Source: an uncultured Chloroflexia bacterium
Lineage (GTDB): Bacteria; Chloroflexota; Limnocylindria; Limnocylindrales; CSP1-4
Direction of reading: 5' to 3'
Assembly (NCBI GenBank): GCA_963813335.1
Contig: CAWEYL010000001.1
Span: 320,001 to 384,000 of the forward strand
Length of the DNA stretch: 64,000 nucleotides
Below are positions 20,317 through 31,810 of this stretch, piece after piece (within the stretch, counting starts at the first letter, position 1; each line of letters opens with the position of its first letter). Under the pieces are notes generated by a model, which made no database searches, was not told where the DNA came from, and saw only the letters and a list, made by a program, of their open reading frames with translations. The position numbers and the translations under genes were made by a program.

Positions 20317-22149
20317 ATGTGCGGCATCGTCGGCTACACGGGCCCGCGCGAAGCGGGACCCATCCTCATCGAAGGCCTCAAGCGCCTCGAGTACCGCGGC
20401 TACGACTCGGCCGGGATCGCCCTCGTCGACGACGCCGGCGACCTCTTCGTCGAGAAGCGGGCGGGCAAGCTCGTCAACCTCCAGACAGCCATCGCCGACC
20501 GGACCCCCCACGCGGCGATCGGCCTCGCGCACACCCGCTGGGCGACGCACGGCCGCCCGAACGACCTCAACGCCCATCCCCACCAGGACTGCACCGGCGA
20601 GATCACGGTCATCCACAACGGGATCATCGAGAACTTCCGCGAGCTGCGCGACGGCCTCGAGGCGCGCGGCCACACCCTGACGTCGGAGACCGACACCGAG
20701 GCGATCGCCCACCTGGTCGAGGAGGCCTACGAGGGCGACCTCGCCGAGGCGGTTCGCGCTGCGCTCCGACGGATCGAGGGCGCCTACGCCATCGTGGTGA
20801 TGCACCGCGCCGAGGGCGACCGCCTGGTCGGCGCCCGGCAGGATGTCCCGCTCGTCGTCGGCCTGGCCGACGGGGAGAGCTTCCTGGCCTCGGACGTGGC
20901 GGCGATCCTCGCCCACACCGACCAGATCATCTTCCTCGAGGAGGGCGACGTGGTCGACCTCCGGCCGTGGGGCGTGGTGATCACCGACAAGTTCGGCGAG
21001 GACCGCGAGCGCGAGATCACCACCATCGACTGGACGCCGGAGGCCGCCGAGAAGGGCGGCTACGAGCACTTCATGCTCAAGGAGATCCACGAGCAGCCCG
21101 AGGCCCTCGCCCAGTCGATCGCCGGCCGGGTGACCCGCGACGGCCGGATCCACGTCGAGGAGATCGCCGGCATGCTCGGCACGCTGCAGGCCATCGACCG
21201 GATCGAGCTGGTCGCCTGCGGCAGCGCCTACTACGCCTCGCTGATCGGCGCAACGGCGCTCCAGGACTGGATCGGGATCCCGGTGCGCGCGACCGTCGGG
21301 TCCGAGTTCCGCTACAGTCCGCCGCCGCTCGACGAGCGGACGCTGATCATCGCCGTGACCCAGTCGGGCGAGACGGCCGACACGATCGCCCCGGTCCGCC
21401 TGGCGCGCGAGCGCGGCTGCCCGGTCATCGCGGTCACCAACACCGTGGGATCCGCGATCACCCGCGAGGCCGACGCGGTCCTGTTCCTGCAGGCCGGGCC
21501 GGAGATGGCGGTGGCGGCCTCCAAGACGTTCGTCACCCAGGTCACGACCCTGCTGGTCCTTGCCGCGGCCATCGCCCGGACGCGCGGGTGCCTGGCGGAC
21601 GCCGACGAGCTGGCCTTCGGGGAGGCGCTGCGCGCCCTCCCGGCGGCGGCGGCCCGGGCGCTCGAGAGCGCCTCGGCGGGCTCCGCCGAGCTGGCCCGCC
21701 GCTACGTCAACTCGCGCGGCTTCATGTTCGTCGGACGCGGCTACGGGTACCCGGCCGCCCTCGAGGGCGCGCTGAAGCTCAAGGAGGTCAGCTACGTCCA
21801 CGCCGAGGGGTATGCGGCCGGCGAGCTGAAGCACGGTCCCATCTCGCTGCTCGACGCGGAGTGCCCGCTGGTGGCGGTCGCGACGAAGTCGTCGGTCTAC
21901 GACAAGCTCATCAGCAACGTGATGGAGGGCCGCGCCCGCGATGCCCGCGTCATCGCCGTGGCGACCGAGGGCGACGTCCAGATCGAGCGCTTCGCCGACG
22001 ACGTCTGCTGGGTCCCCGACACGCACGAGGCGCTTGCCCCGATCCTCGCGATCATCCCGCTGCAGCTCTTCGCGTACCACGTCGCCACCGCTCGCGGCAC
22101 GGACGTCGACCAGCCGCGCAACCTCGCCAAGTCGGTGACGGTCGAGTAG
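20317..22149 (+). CDS. glmS: Glutamine--fructose-6-phosphate transaminase
   Basis: MCGIVG, LEYRGYDSAG, HTRWATHG, QSGETADT, PRNLAKSVTVE. Confidence 0.99.
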   Translation: MCGIVGYTGPREAGPILIEGLKRLEYRGYDSAGIALVDDAGDLFVEKRAGKLVNLQTAIADRTPHAAIGLAHTRWATHGRPNDLNAHPHQDCTGEITVIHNGIIENFRELRDGLEARGHTLTSETDTEAIAHLVEEAYEGDLAEAVRAALRRIEGAYAIVVMHRAEGDRLVGARQDVPLVVGLADGESFLASDVAAILAHTDQIIFLEEGDVVDLRPWGVVITDKFGEDREREITTIDWTPEAAEKGGYEHFMLKEIHEQPEALAQSIAGRVTRDGRIHVEEIAGMLGTLQAIDRIELVACGSAYYASLIGATALQDWIGIPVRATVGSEFRYSPPPLDERTLIIAVTQSGETADTIAPVRLARERGCPVIAVTNTVGSAITREADAVLFLQAGPEMAVAASKTFVTQVTTLLVLAAAIARTRGCLADADELAFGEALRALPAAAARALESASAGSAELARRYVNSRGFMFVGRGYGYPAALEGALKLKEVSYVHAEGYAAGELKHGPISLLDAECPLVAVATKSSVYDKLISNVMEGRARDARVIAVATEGDVQIERFADDVCWVPDTHEALAPILAIIPLQLFAYHVATARGTDVDQPRNLAKSVTVE

Positions 22150-22154
22150 GGACG

Positions 22155-22821
22155 GTGAGCTGGCACCCTCCCCAGGGTTCCGGCGGGGAGCTCTCCGAGG
22201 CCGGAGGGGAAGCTCCGCGACCCCATCCGCCCGAGGATTCGCCTGGCGACTCGACCGAGGTGCCCGCGCTCGCCGTTCCGCCCGGCACCACGGAGCTGGG
22301 CATCGACATCATCAAGGTCGAGCGCATCCGCGAGACCCTCGGCGAAGTTCGGGTCGCGTTTCTCGAACCGGGTCCTGACCCCCGCCGAGCAGCGCTACGT
22401 CCGCGACCGTCCGGAGACGCTGGCCGGCCGCTGGGCCGCCAAGGAGGCCGTGTCCAAGGTCCTCGGCCTCGGCGTCCGCGGCATCGGCTGGCGCGACATC
22501 GAGGTGGAGCGCCTGCCGACGGGGCAGCCGTCGATCCACCTCCACGGCCGTGCCGCAGCGCGCGCCGAGCAGCTCGGGATGGGCCGGATCGCGGTCTCGA
22601 TCAGCCACGAGTCGGACTACGCCGTCGCGATCGCTTACGGCGTCCGCACGACGGGCGGCCGGTTCATCTTCCCGCCCGACATCGAGGAGCGGCTGGATGA
22701 CCGCGAGCGCCGGATCCTGGCCCGGATCGAGCGGCTGCGCGACCTCGCCGAGGCCGGTGGCGCGGCGGCCCTCGCGAGCGACGCGCCCCCCGCGGCGGTC
22801 GGCGAGGCCGTCGATGACTGA
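22155..22821 (+). CDS. acpS: Holo-ACP synthase, frameshifted near 22341 (likely sequencing error)
   Basis: LGIDIIKVERI in one frame, then AGRWAAKEAVSKVLG, WRDIEV and SISHE in the +1 frame; start could be GTG 22155 or 22260. Confidence 0.85.
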
Positions 22822-23851
22822 GCGGCCGGTCGGCTTCGGCGCCCGCGCGAAGCAGGAGACCGCCCCCGCGACCCAGGCGACGGCCGCCCTGCCGGACGGC
22901 GCGGTCCGGCTCGACGACGACATCGCCGGAGCGCTGCTCCCGGCGCGCCCGGCACGTGGCCACAAGGGCTCGTTCGGCAAGCTGCTGGTCATCGCCGGAT
23001 CGCTCGACTATGCGGGGGCGGCGTTGCTCGTCTGCCGCGCGGCCGGGCGGGCGGGAGCGGGGCTCGTCACCCTCGCGGTGCCCGAATCGCTGCAGCCGCT
23101 CTTCGCCGCCAAGGTCGTCGAGGCGACGACGATGGCGCTTCCCGAGGACGACGTCGAGGAGATCGACCCGGAGCCGGCGATCGCCCGCATCCTCGACCAC
23201 GAGCATGACGCGATCGTCGTCGGGCCGGGGCTGCGCCCGGGACTCGCGACGGCCGAGCTCGTTCGCGAGCTGATCGACGCGAGCGGGCCGGACCAGGCAC
23301 CGATCGTGCTCGACGCCGAGGCGCTCCGCTCGCTCGCGACGATGGACGGCTGGTGGGAGGGCGGCCGGCGTCCGGCCGTGCTGACCCCGCACGCCGGGGA
23401 GTTCGCGCGGCTGCGCGCCGGCGCCGGGCGCGATCCCGCCGACGACGGCGACCTGGCCGACGACGACGCCGCCCGGGTGACGGCCGCTCGCGACGCCGCG
23501 CAGACATGGGGGCAGGTCGTGGTGCTGAAGGGCGCCGCGCACCGTGATCGCCTCGCCCGACGGCGATGTCGCGATCGCCCCGTTCGAGAACCCGGCGCTC
23601 GCCTCGGGCGGGACCGGCGACGTGCTGGCCGGGACGATCGGCTCGCTGCTGGCCCAGGGCCTCGAGCCGTACTCGGCCGCCCGGCTCGGGGTCTACCTGC
23701 ACGGGCTCGCCGGCGACCAGGTCCGCGAACGGTTCGGCGACTCGGGCCTGCTCGCGTCGGACCTGCCCGACGGCATCGCCCTGGCGCGCAAGCGCCTCGC
23801 CGTCGCCGAGGAGCGCCGGGTCGCCAAGGGCCGGCTCGGGTTCGCGCCGAC

Positions 23852-23855
<4 letters not shown>
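22814..23855 (+). CDS. nnrD: ADP-dependent NAD(P)H-hydrate dehydratase (NnrD domain only), frameshifted near 23536
   Basis: HKGSFG, GPGL, LDAEAL, LTPHAGEF, VVLKG; then LASGGTGDVLAG and HGLAG in the +1 frame. Confidence 0.9.
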
Positions 23856-25096
<1,241 letters not shown>

Positions 25097-25188
25097 GTGC
25101 CCCCGACCTTCGCCCCGCCGCGCTCGACCGTGCCCGCGTGCCGTACCATCCGGGGCGTGACCCCGCTGCCGCCCGGACCCGCCGTCCC

Positions 25189-25480
25189 ATGAGCACCCCC
25201 ATCGAGCTGTCCGACGACGGCCGCGACGAGCTCGTGGAGCAGGTCGCGCGCGAGATCCAGCTGCGCGGGCTCGACGGGACCGGCGGTCCACTTCCTCGAA
25301 GCCAGCCGGCCGTACCGGTCGCTGGGCTCCAACGCGATGCTCTTCTTCGACCCGGTGCTGCGCGGCCTGTTCGGCGGTGAGCTCACCTCGGCCAACGAGA
25401 TCCTGGCCGACGAGGACGGCATCGAGCAGCTCATCGCCCGCCTCGAGGAGCTCGACGAAGAAGTCACCTGGGACGCCTGA
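25189..25480 (+). CDS. Small conserved-looking hypothetical protein (~96 aa), frameshifted near 25272
   Basis: MSTPIELSDDGRDELVEQVAREIQLRGL then TGPAVHFLEASRPYRSLGSNAMLFFDPVLRGLFGG...GIEQLIARLEELDEEVTWDA; the span is 3n+1. Confidence 0.7.
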
Positions 25481-25520
25481 CGGCGACGCCGCCGCCGGGA
25501 CTGGCGGGTACGATGGCCCG

Positions 25521-27126
25521 GTGACCAGCGATCCACGCGCGTTCCTGGCCGCCGACCGACGGCGGTGCGACCAGCGGTGCGGCGCTCATCGGTCGGGTCG
25601 GGCACGCCTGGCGATTGCTCGGCTCGGTCGCGCTCCCGGCTGCCGTCGCCGACGACGCCGCCACCCGGCTGGTGGTCGAGCGCTTCGCCGCTGCCGCACC
25701 GGGGCTGGCAGCCCGCCTGGGCATCGACCCGGCGCATGTCGACGCGATCCCGGTCGTCCGCGTCCGCTCGGCCCCGGCCCGAACCCTCGGCGTCGTCGCG
25801 GCGTCGGAGCGGGCCCTCGCGCCGCTCGCGGCCGCCGCGGCCCGAAGCGGCTGGCGGGTCGTCTCCGCGAGCGCGGCGACGACCGACCCGCTCGCGATGA
25901 CCGCGCTCCTGCTCGATCCCGCGGTCGACGGCGTCCTGGTCGGGGCCGGCGATCCGCCCGGTGCCGACGAGCGGGGCGCGCTCACGGAGCTCACGTCCCT
26001 GGTCGCCGCGGTGGCCGCCCGCCAGCCCGACCGCCTGGTGATCCTGGCCGGCGCCATGGCCGAGGGCGTCGCCGCGTTCGGCGATGCGACCGCGCGCGAC
26101 GGCGAGACCCTCCTCGCGCCCGCGGCCCATGAGGGGGCCGCCGGGGCGCCGCTGCGCGAGCTCCTGACCGAGATCGCCTTCCCCGCCGACGACGCCCGGC
26201 GCGCGATCGGGGCCGCGGCGGCGAGCCTTGCCGAGCTGCTCGACCGCCGGATCGAGGTCGTCGAGATCGGCTTCGACGGCGGCCTGCGCGCCCGCTCCTC
26301 CCCGGGCGGGCCGGGGGAGCCGCCGACGACCGACATCGCCATCGTCCCGGAGGCGCGGCTCGTGCCCGCGGACCCCGACGACGCCGCGGTCGACCGGGTC
26401 CTCGGCTGGGCCACGATGACCACGGATCGCCATCGCCTGCGCGACCGGATGCGCGAGCTGCGCATCGCGCCGTGGTCGGATGCGACGGGCGACGGGATGG
26501 CGTTCCGGCTCGCGGCCCTGCGGGCGGCGCTGGGACGGCTGGCCGATGCGACGCCGGAGTTCGCGGCCGGTCCACCGCCGGACCTCGTGATCGCCGCCGG
26601 GGGCGCCTGGTCCACCATGACGCCGGCCTCGACCGCCCTCGCCATCAACGACGTCCTGCGCCGGCCCGGGGCCACGGCCTTCGCGCTGGACCACGCCCGG
26701 CTGCTCGGGGCGCTCGGCTCGATCCCCGACGCGGACGAGCGGCGCGCCGTCCTGGCCGACATGGTCGACGACATCCTCGCCCCGATCGGGACGGTCGTGA
26801 CGCCGTCCGGCATGCGGACCGGCCGAAGCGCCGGCAGCCTGGTCGTCCACGGCGCGGCGCCGGGCGCCGCGATCGACCTGCATGCCGGCGGCCTGCAGGT
26901 GGTGGCGCTGCCGTCCGGGAGCGCGGCGGTCGCCGAGTTCCGCTTCCGCGACGGCGTGCGGCTCGGCACCCGCGGCCGCCATTTCGCGGTCGAGGTGGCC
27001 GGCGGCCTGGCCGGGCTGATGGTCGACCTGCGCGACGTGCCGCTCCGCCTGCCCGAGCGCAGCGACCGGCGACGCGAGCTGCTCGATGGCTGGCAGGCGG
27101 CCGTGTCCGGGGCGCCGAGCCGATGA
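25521..27126 (+). CDS. GlmL/MutL-like (glutamate mutase L family, ASKHA-fold) protein, frameshifted near 25558
   Basis: N-terminal FLAAD-x-GGATS resembles the ASKHA phosphate-1 loop; also DLVIAAGG and C-terminal GGLAGLMVDLRDVPLRLP; TACGAT -10 lies 6 nt before GTG 25521. Confidence 0.65.
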
Positions 27127-28136
27127 CCTCCGGCACGCTCGCCCTGGTCCCCGCCCGGCGGCTGATCGAGGCCCCGGTCGATGCCACGTTCCATCTCGCC
27201 CCGGGCGACCGCGTGCTGGTCGAGGCCGGCGCGTCGGTCGTGGTCGGCGCGCCGATCGCCGAGCGGCTCCGTGACGCGCGGCTCGAGGACCGCAACGTCC
27301 CGGTGGACGCCGTCCCGCTCCCCGGCGAGCGCTGGCATCCGACCCAACGGGCCGGCGAGCCGGTGCTGGCCGGCCTGGGCCGTGCGCCGGTCGGCGGCGA
27401 GTTCCTGTTCCCGTGGAAGGGCCGCTGGCGGATCGCCACCGGTGACATCGTCGACCCGATCGAGACCCCGGTGGCGGGCATCGTGCGCGAGGTGCGCTCC
27501 GGCTCCTCGGTCACGATCCGGGCCGCCGGCCACGGGATCCGCGGCATCGTCGCGCTGGGCGGCTCGACCCGTGGGCGCGTCCGGATGGCCACGGGACCCG
27601 ATGGCGGTCTCCGCCCGGGCGGCCTCGACGTCGGCCTCGCCGGCTCGATCCTGGTCGTCGACGCCCGGGTCGATGCCGAGACGCTGACGCGGGCGCGAGC
27701 GATGGGCGTGCGCGGCATCGTCGTGGCCGGGCTGGCCAGCAAGGAGCGACGCGATTTCCAGGCCTCCGAGGCGCGCCAGCGCGCCGCCCTCCACCGGCTC
27801 CCGCCGTATGCCGTGCTCGTGATGGAGGGCGCCACGCGGCGCCCGATGGCCGCGACGATCATGGCCGCGCTCGTCGCGCTGGCCGGCAAGGAAGTGGCGA
27901 TCGTCGCCGACCCGCCGATGCTCGTCTTCGACCACCCGGGTCTGGAACTGCCGCTGCCCGCCGCGGACACCGTGCGCATCCGCGGCGGTGCGCTGAGTGG
28001 CCACGAAGGCCAGTGGATGGGCGCCGCCGGGCGGCGCCACTTCGGCGACGGCCTCGACCTCGAAGCGGGGCGCGTGCGCCTCGCCGATGGCAGCGTGGTG
28101 GCCGTGCCGCTCGGCGACCTCGAACGGTTCGCCTGA
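27123..28136 (+). CDS. Hypothetical protein with barrel-sandwich-hybrid-like half motifs and an SH3/KOW-like C-terminus
   Basis: VLVEAGASVVVGAPIA and IETPVAGIVREV half-motifs, AMGVRGIVVAG, final VVAVPLGDLE; ATGA coupling to the upstream gene. Confidence 0.7.
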   Translation: MTSGTLALVPARRLIEAPVDATFHLAPGDRVLVEAGASVVVGAPIAERLRDARLEDRNVPVDAVPLPGERWHPTQRAGEPVLAGLGRAPVGGEFLFPWKGRWRIATGDIVDPIETPVAGIVREVRSGSSVTIRAAGHGIRGIVALGGSTRGRVRMATGPDGGLRPGGLDVGLAGSILVVDARVDAETLTRARAMGVRGIVVAGLASKERRDFQASEARQRAALHRLPPYAVLVMEGATRRPMAATIMAALVALAGKEVAIVADPPMLVFDHPGLELPLPAADTVRIRGGALSGHEGQWMGAAGRRHFGDGLDLEAGRVRLADGSVVAVPLGDLERFA

Positions 28137-28145
28137 GACGGGACG

Positions 28146-28619
28146 ATGCCCGTGACCCGTCCGCCTGTCCGCGAGCTCCGTTGCCCGGACCCCGAGTCGA
28201 CGTCCGCGCTCGGACGATCGCTGGCGACCGCGGCGCGCGCCGGGGACCTCGTCTGCCTGTGGGGCGACCTCGGGGCGGGCAAGACCCACCTGGCGAAGGC
28301 GTTCGGCGCCGGCCTGGGCGTGACCGACACCATCGCCTCGCCCAGCTACATCCTGATGGCCGAGTACGAGGGCCGGCTCCCGCTCTACCACGTCGACCTG
28401 TACCGCCTCCAGGATGCCGCCGACGCGCTCGCCGGCGGACTCCTCGACGATCGCTGGACGGCGGGCGTCGTGGTCATGGAATGGCCGGACCGGATGGGTG
28501 ACGCGCTCCCGCTCGAGCGGCTCGACGTGATCATCGACGGGTCGGGCGACGAGCCGCGGACCATCCGGCTGATTCCCCACGGTGCGGGATACGAGCGCTA
28601 TCTCGAGGCAGCGCCATGA
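28146..28619 (+). CDS. tsaE: t6A biosynthesis ATPase TsaE
   Basis: GDLGAGKT, SPSY, YHVDLYRL, EWPD. Confidence 0.96.
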   Translation: MPVTRPPVRELRCPDPESTSALGRSLATAARAGDLVCLWGDLGAGKTHLAKAFGAGLGVTDTIASPSYILMAEYEGRLPLYHVDLYRLQDAADALAGGLLDDRWTAGVVVMEWPDRMGDALPLERLDVIIDGSGDEPRTIRLIPHGAGYERYLEAAP

Positions 28620-29302
28620 GCGAGGACGCCGTCATCCTCGCGCTCGACACGGCCACCACCCGGATCGTCGTCGCGCTCGGCACGACCGACGGCGCGATGC
28701 TCGCCGACGCCTCGTGGCCGGCCGGCTACCGCCACGGCGAGACGCTGCTGCCCGCCATCGAGCGGCTGCTCGACGACGGCGAGGTCGAGCGATCGCGCAT
28801 CGCGGCGATCGTCGTGGGCACCGGGCCGGGCGCCTTCACGGGCCTGCGCGTCGGGATCGCCACGGCCAAGGGGCTCGCCCACGGCCTCGGACAGCCGATC
28901 GTCGGGGTCGCGACGGGCGCGGCGTTGCTCGCGGCGGCCCGCCGGGCGGGTGCCCTCCATGCCGGTCCGGTCGCGCTCCTCCTGCCCGCCGGACCGTCGG
29001 ACCGGCTGCTGGTCCGCGATGGCGAGCCGGCCGAGCTGCTGCCCGCCGGGACGGACCCGGCGCTGGACGGCGGGACGTCGCTGGTCGCCGTGGACCTCGA
29101 GGGGCGGGCGCCCGAGGATGCCGTGGCGCGCGGCGAGGCGGCCCGTGGCGGGCTCGCCGCGGAGCTGCTGGCGATCGGTGCCGGCCGCCTGCGCTCGGGC
29201 GACGTCGACGACCTGGCCACGCTCGTGCCCGAATACGTCACGCTGCCGCGCGGGGTGCGCGCCGCCGCCGGGGAGGTGGAATGGTCGCGCGACCCCCGGT
29301 GA
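28616..29302 (+). CDS. tsaB: t6A biosynthesis protein TsaB
   Basis: ILALDTAT, GPGAFTGLRVG, PEY. Confidence 0.95.
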   Translation: MSEDAVILALDTATTRIVVALGTTDGAMLADASWPAGYRHGETLLPAIERLLDDGEVERSRIAAIVVGTGPGAFTGLRVGIATAKGLAHGLGQPIVGVATGAALLAAARRAGALHAGPVALLLPAGPSDRLLVRDGEPAELLPAGTDPALDGGTSLVAVDLEGRAPEDAVARGEAARGGLAAELLAIGAGRLRSGDVDDLATLVPEYVTLPRGVRAAAGEVEWSRDPR

Positions 29303-29859
29303 GGATCCGCATCGAGCCGATGCGCCTCGAGGACCTGCCCCTCGTCCACGCCATCGAGCGGGCCAGCTTCAATGCGCCATGGCCCGCCAACGCGTACCGC
29401 AGCGAGCTCGAGTCGAACCGGCTCGCCCAGTACCTCGTCGCCCGCGCCGACGGCGAGATCGTGGCCTACGGCGGGATGTGGCTGATGGTCGACGAAGCCC
29501 ACATCACGACGTTCGCGGTGCACCCCGACTGGCGCCGCCAGCGCATCGGCGAGCGACTGCTGCTGGCGTTCCTCGACCTGGCCGAGGACAGCGGCGCGCG
29601 CGAGGCCACGCTCGAGGTCCGCCTCTCGAACCTGCCCGCCCGCCGCCTCTACGAGAAGTACGGCTTCCGGCCGGTCGGCCTGCGGCCGCGCTACTACAGC
29701 GACGACAACGAGGACGCGCTGATCATGACGACCGATGCCCTCGCCGACGCCGGGCACCGGGAGCGGATCGCCCGCCTCCGGGAGGCGCTCGACGCCTCGC
29801 CGGCGCCGGAAGCGCCGGACGGACGGTCGTCGCCCGAGCCGGACGGCGACGCGGGGTGA
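29281..29859 (+). CDS. rimI: Ribosomal protein S18-alanine N-acetyltransferase
   Basis: IERASFNAPW, EAHIT, LEVRLSN, YEKYGF, YY..NEDALIM. Confidence 0.94.
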   Translation: MVARPPVRIRIEPMRLEDLPLVHAIERASFNAPWPANAYRSELESNRLAQYLVARADGEIVAYGGMWLMVDEAHITTFAVHPDWRRQRIGERLLLAFLDLAEDSGAREATLEVRLSNLPARRLYEKYGFRPVGLRPRYYSDDNEDALIMTTDALADAGHRERIARLREALDASPAPEAPDGRSSPEPDGDAG

Positions 29860-30920
29860 GCGGGCCGCTGGTCCTCGCCATCGAGTCGTCGTGCGACGAG
29901 ACCGGGATCGCGCTCGTCGAGGGCGGCCGGACGATCCACGCCAACGTGGTCGCCTCGCAGGTGGCGCTCCACGCGGCGTCCGGCGGGATCGTGCCCGAGG
30001 TCGCCGCCCGGGCGCACCTGCGCTGGATCATCCCGGTCCTCGACGAGGCGTGGTCCGACGCCGGGGTGGCATGGCCCGATATCGACGCCGTCGCGGTCAC
30101 GTACGGCCCCGGGCTGGCGGGTTCGCTCCTGGTCGGGATCAACCTGGCCAAGGCGCTGGCCTGGGTGCACGACCGGCCGCTGATCGGCGTGAACCACCTC
30201 GAGGGCCACGTCTACGCGGCGTGGCTGGCCGATCCAGCCGTGCCCGACGCCCGGGAGCCGGTCTTCCCGCTGGTCGCCCTGGTGGTTTCCGGCGGGCACA
30301 CGTTCCTGGTCGAGATGACCGACCACCTGACCTACCGGCTTCTCGGCACGACGGTCGACGACGCGGCGGGCGAGGCATTCGACAAGGTCGGGCGCCTGCT
30401 CGGCCTCGGCTACCCTGGCGGGCCGGCGATCTCGCGTGCGGCCGAGGCCGCGACGCTCCACGACCGGGTCTTCCCGCGAGCCTGGCTCGGCGATTCCTAC
30501 GATTTCAGCTTCTCCGGGCTGAAGACCGCGGCGCGCCGGATCGTGGCCGCCGCGCGGGTCGAGGCGGGCCTCGCGGACGAGCCCGAGGCGCCACTCCCCG
30601 AGGCGGTCGTCGCGGAGCTGGCGTGGGGCTTCGAGGACGCCGTGGTCGATGTCCTCGTGACCAAGACCATCCGGGCGGCACGGGCGGCCGGCGCCCGCTC
30701 CATCGTGCTCGGCGGCGGGGTGGCCGCGAACCGCGTCCTGCGCGGACGTCTCGCCGGCGAGGCCGAGGCCATGGGCCTCCCGCTGATCGTGCCGCGGCCC
30801 GCGCTGTGCACCGACAACGGGGCGATGATCGGCGCCGCCGGCGGGCGACGGGCCGCCGCGGGCGAGCGCTCCGGGCTTGACCTCGACGCCAGGCCGTCGC
30901 TGAAGCTGGCGACCCGATGA
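29856..30920 (+). CDS. tsaD: t6A biosynthesis protein TsaD
   Basis: LAIESSCDET, GGIVPEVA, NHLEGH, SGGHT, DDAAGEAFDK, CTDNGAMI. Confidence 0.98.
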   Translation: MSGPLVLAIESSCDETGIALVEGGRTIHANVVASQVALHAASGGIVPEVAARAHLRWIIPVLDEAWSDAGVAWPDIDAVAVTYGPGLAGSLLVGINLAKALAWVHDRPLIGVNHLEGHVYAAWLADPAVPDAREPVFPLVALVVSGGHTFLVEMTDHLTYRLLGTTVDDAAGEAFDKVGRLLGLGYPGGPAISRAAEAATLHDRVFPRAWLGDSYDFSFSGLKTAARRIVAAARVEAGLADEPEAPLPEAVVAELAWGFEDAVVDVLVTKTIRAARAAGARSIVLGGGVAANRVLRGRLAGEAEAMGLPLIVPRPALCTDNGAMIGAAGGRRAAAGERSGLDLDARPSLKLATR

Positions 30921-31810
30921 GCGGCGCGGCCCGGCCGCGCCTGGACGCCGCGGAGGTGCGGGCCACCCTTCGGGCGGCCGGCCTGCACGCCCGGCACTCG
31001 CTCTCCCAGAACTTCCTCGCCGACGTCGACGTGCTCGACGCGATCCTCGCGGAGGCCGACCCGGGCCCGGGCCGCGGCGTCCTCGAGATCGGCCCCGGCC
31101 TCGGCCTGCTGACGGGCGCCCTGCTCGGGGCCGGCGCGGCGGTCACCGCGGTCGAGCTGGACCGCGGGCTGGCCGCATTCCTGCGCGACCGCTTCGCCGC
31201 GGAGCTCGACGCCGGGCAGCTCCGGCTCGTGGAGGGCGACGCGCTCGACCAGGACCTGACCGGCCTCGTCCCGCCGCCCTACGACGTGGTCGCCAACCTG
31301 CCGTACCACATCACCAGCCCGATCCTCCACGCGCTGCTCGGGGCGCCGCCGCGGCCGCAGCGGCTCGTGCTGATGGTCCAGCGCGAGGTCGCCGAGCGGA
31401 TCGCGGCCCCGCCCGGGAAGATGAGCTACCTGTCGGTCTTCGTGCAGTACCACGCCCGGGTCCGGATCGCGGTCCGCGTCCCGCCGGGGGCGTTCGAGCC
31501 GAGTCCCGCGGTCGAGTCCGCGGTGATCGTGGTCGAGCCGTACGACCTGGACGACCGGCTCGACCCTGCCGCGGAGGACGAGCTGTGGCGCCTCGTCCAG
31601 GCGAGCTTCCGCGAGCGCCGCAAGATGCTCCACAACGTGCTCGTCCGGCAGCTTCCCGTGGACGGCGCGCGGGTGACGGCGGCACTGGCGGCCACCGGCA
31701 TCGACCCGGACCGCCGCCCCCAGACGCTCGCGGTGGGGGAGTGGATCGCGCTGCGCGAGGCGCTCGGACCGCTCGGCACGGATCGGCGCGGCCGACGGGA
31801 GGACGGATGA
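30917..31810 (+). CDS. rsmA: 16S rRNA adenine dimethyltransferase
   Basis: SQNFL, EIGPGLG, VANLPYHIT, MVQREVA, RRKML. Confidence 0.97.
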   Translation: MSGAARPRLDAAEVRATLRAAGLHARHSLSQNFLADVDVLDAILAEADPGPGRGVLEIGPGLGLLTGALLGAGAAVTAVELDRGLAAFLRDRFAAELDAGQLRLVEGDALDQDLTGLVPPPYDVVANLPYHITSPILHALLGAPPRPQRLVLMVQREVAERIAAPPGKMSYLSVFVQYHARVRIAVRVPPGAFEPSPAVESAVIVVEPYDLDDRLDPAAEDELWRLVQASFRERRKMLHNVLVRQLPVDGARVTAALAATGIDPDRRPQTLAVGEWIALREALGPLGTDRRGRREDG

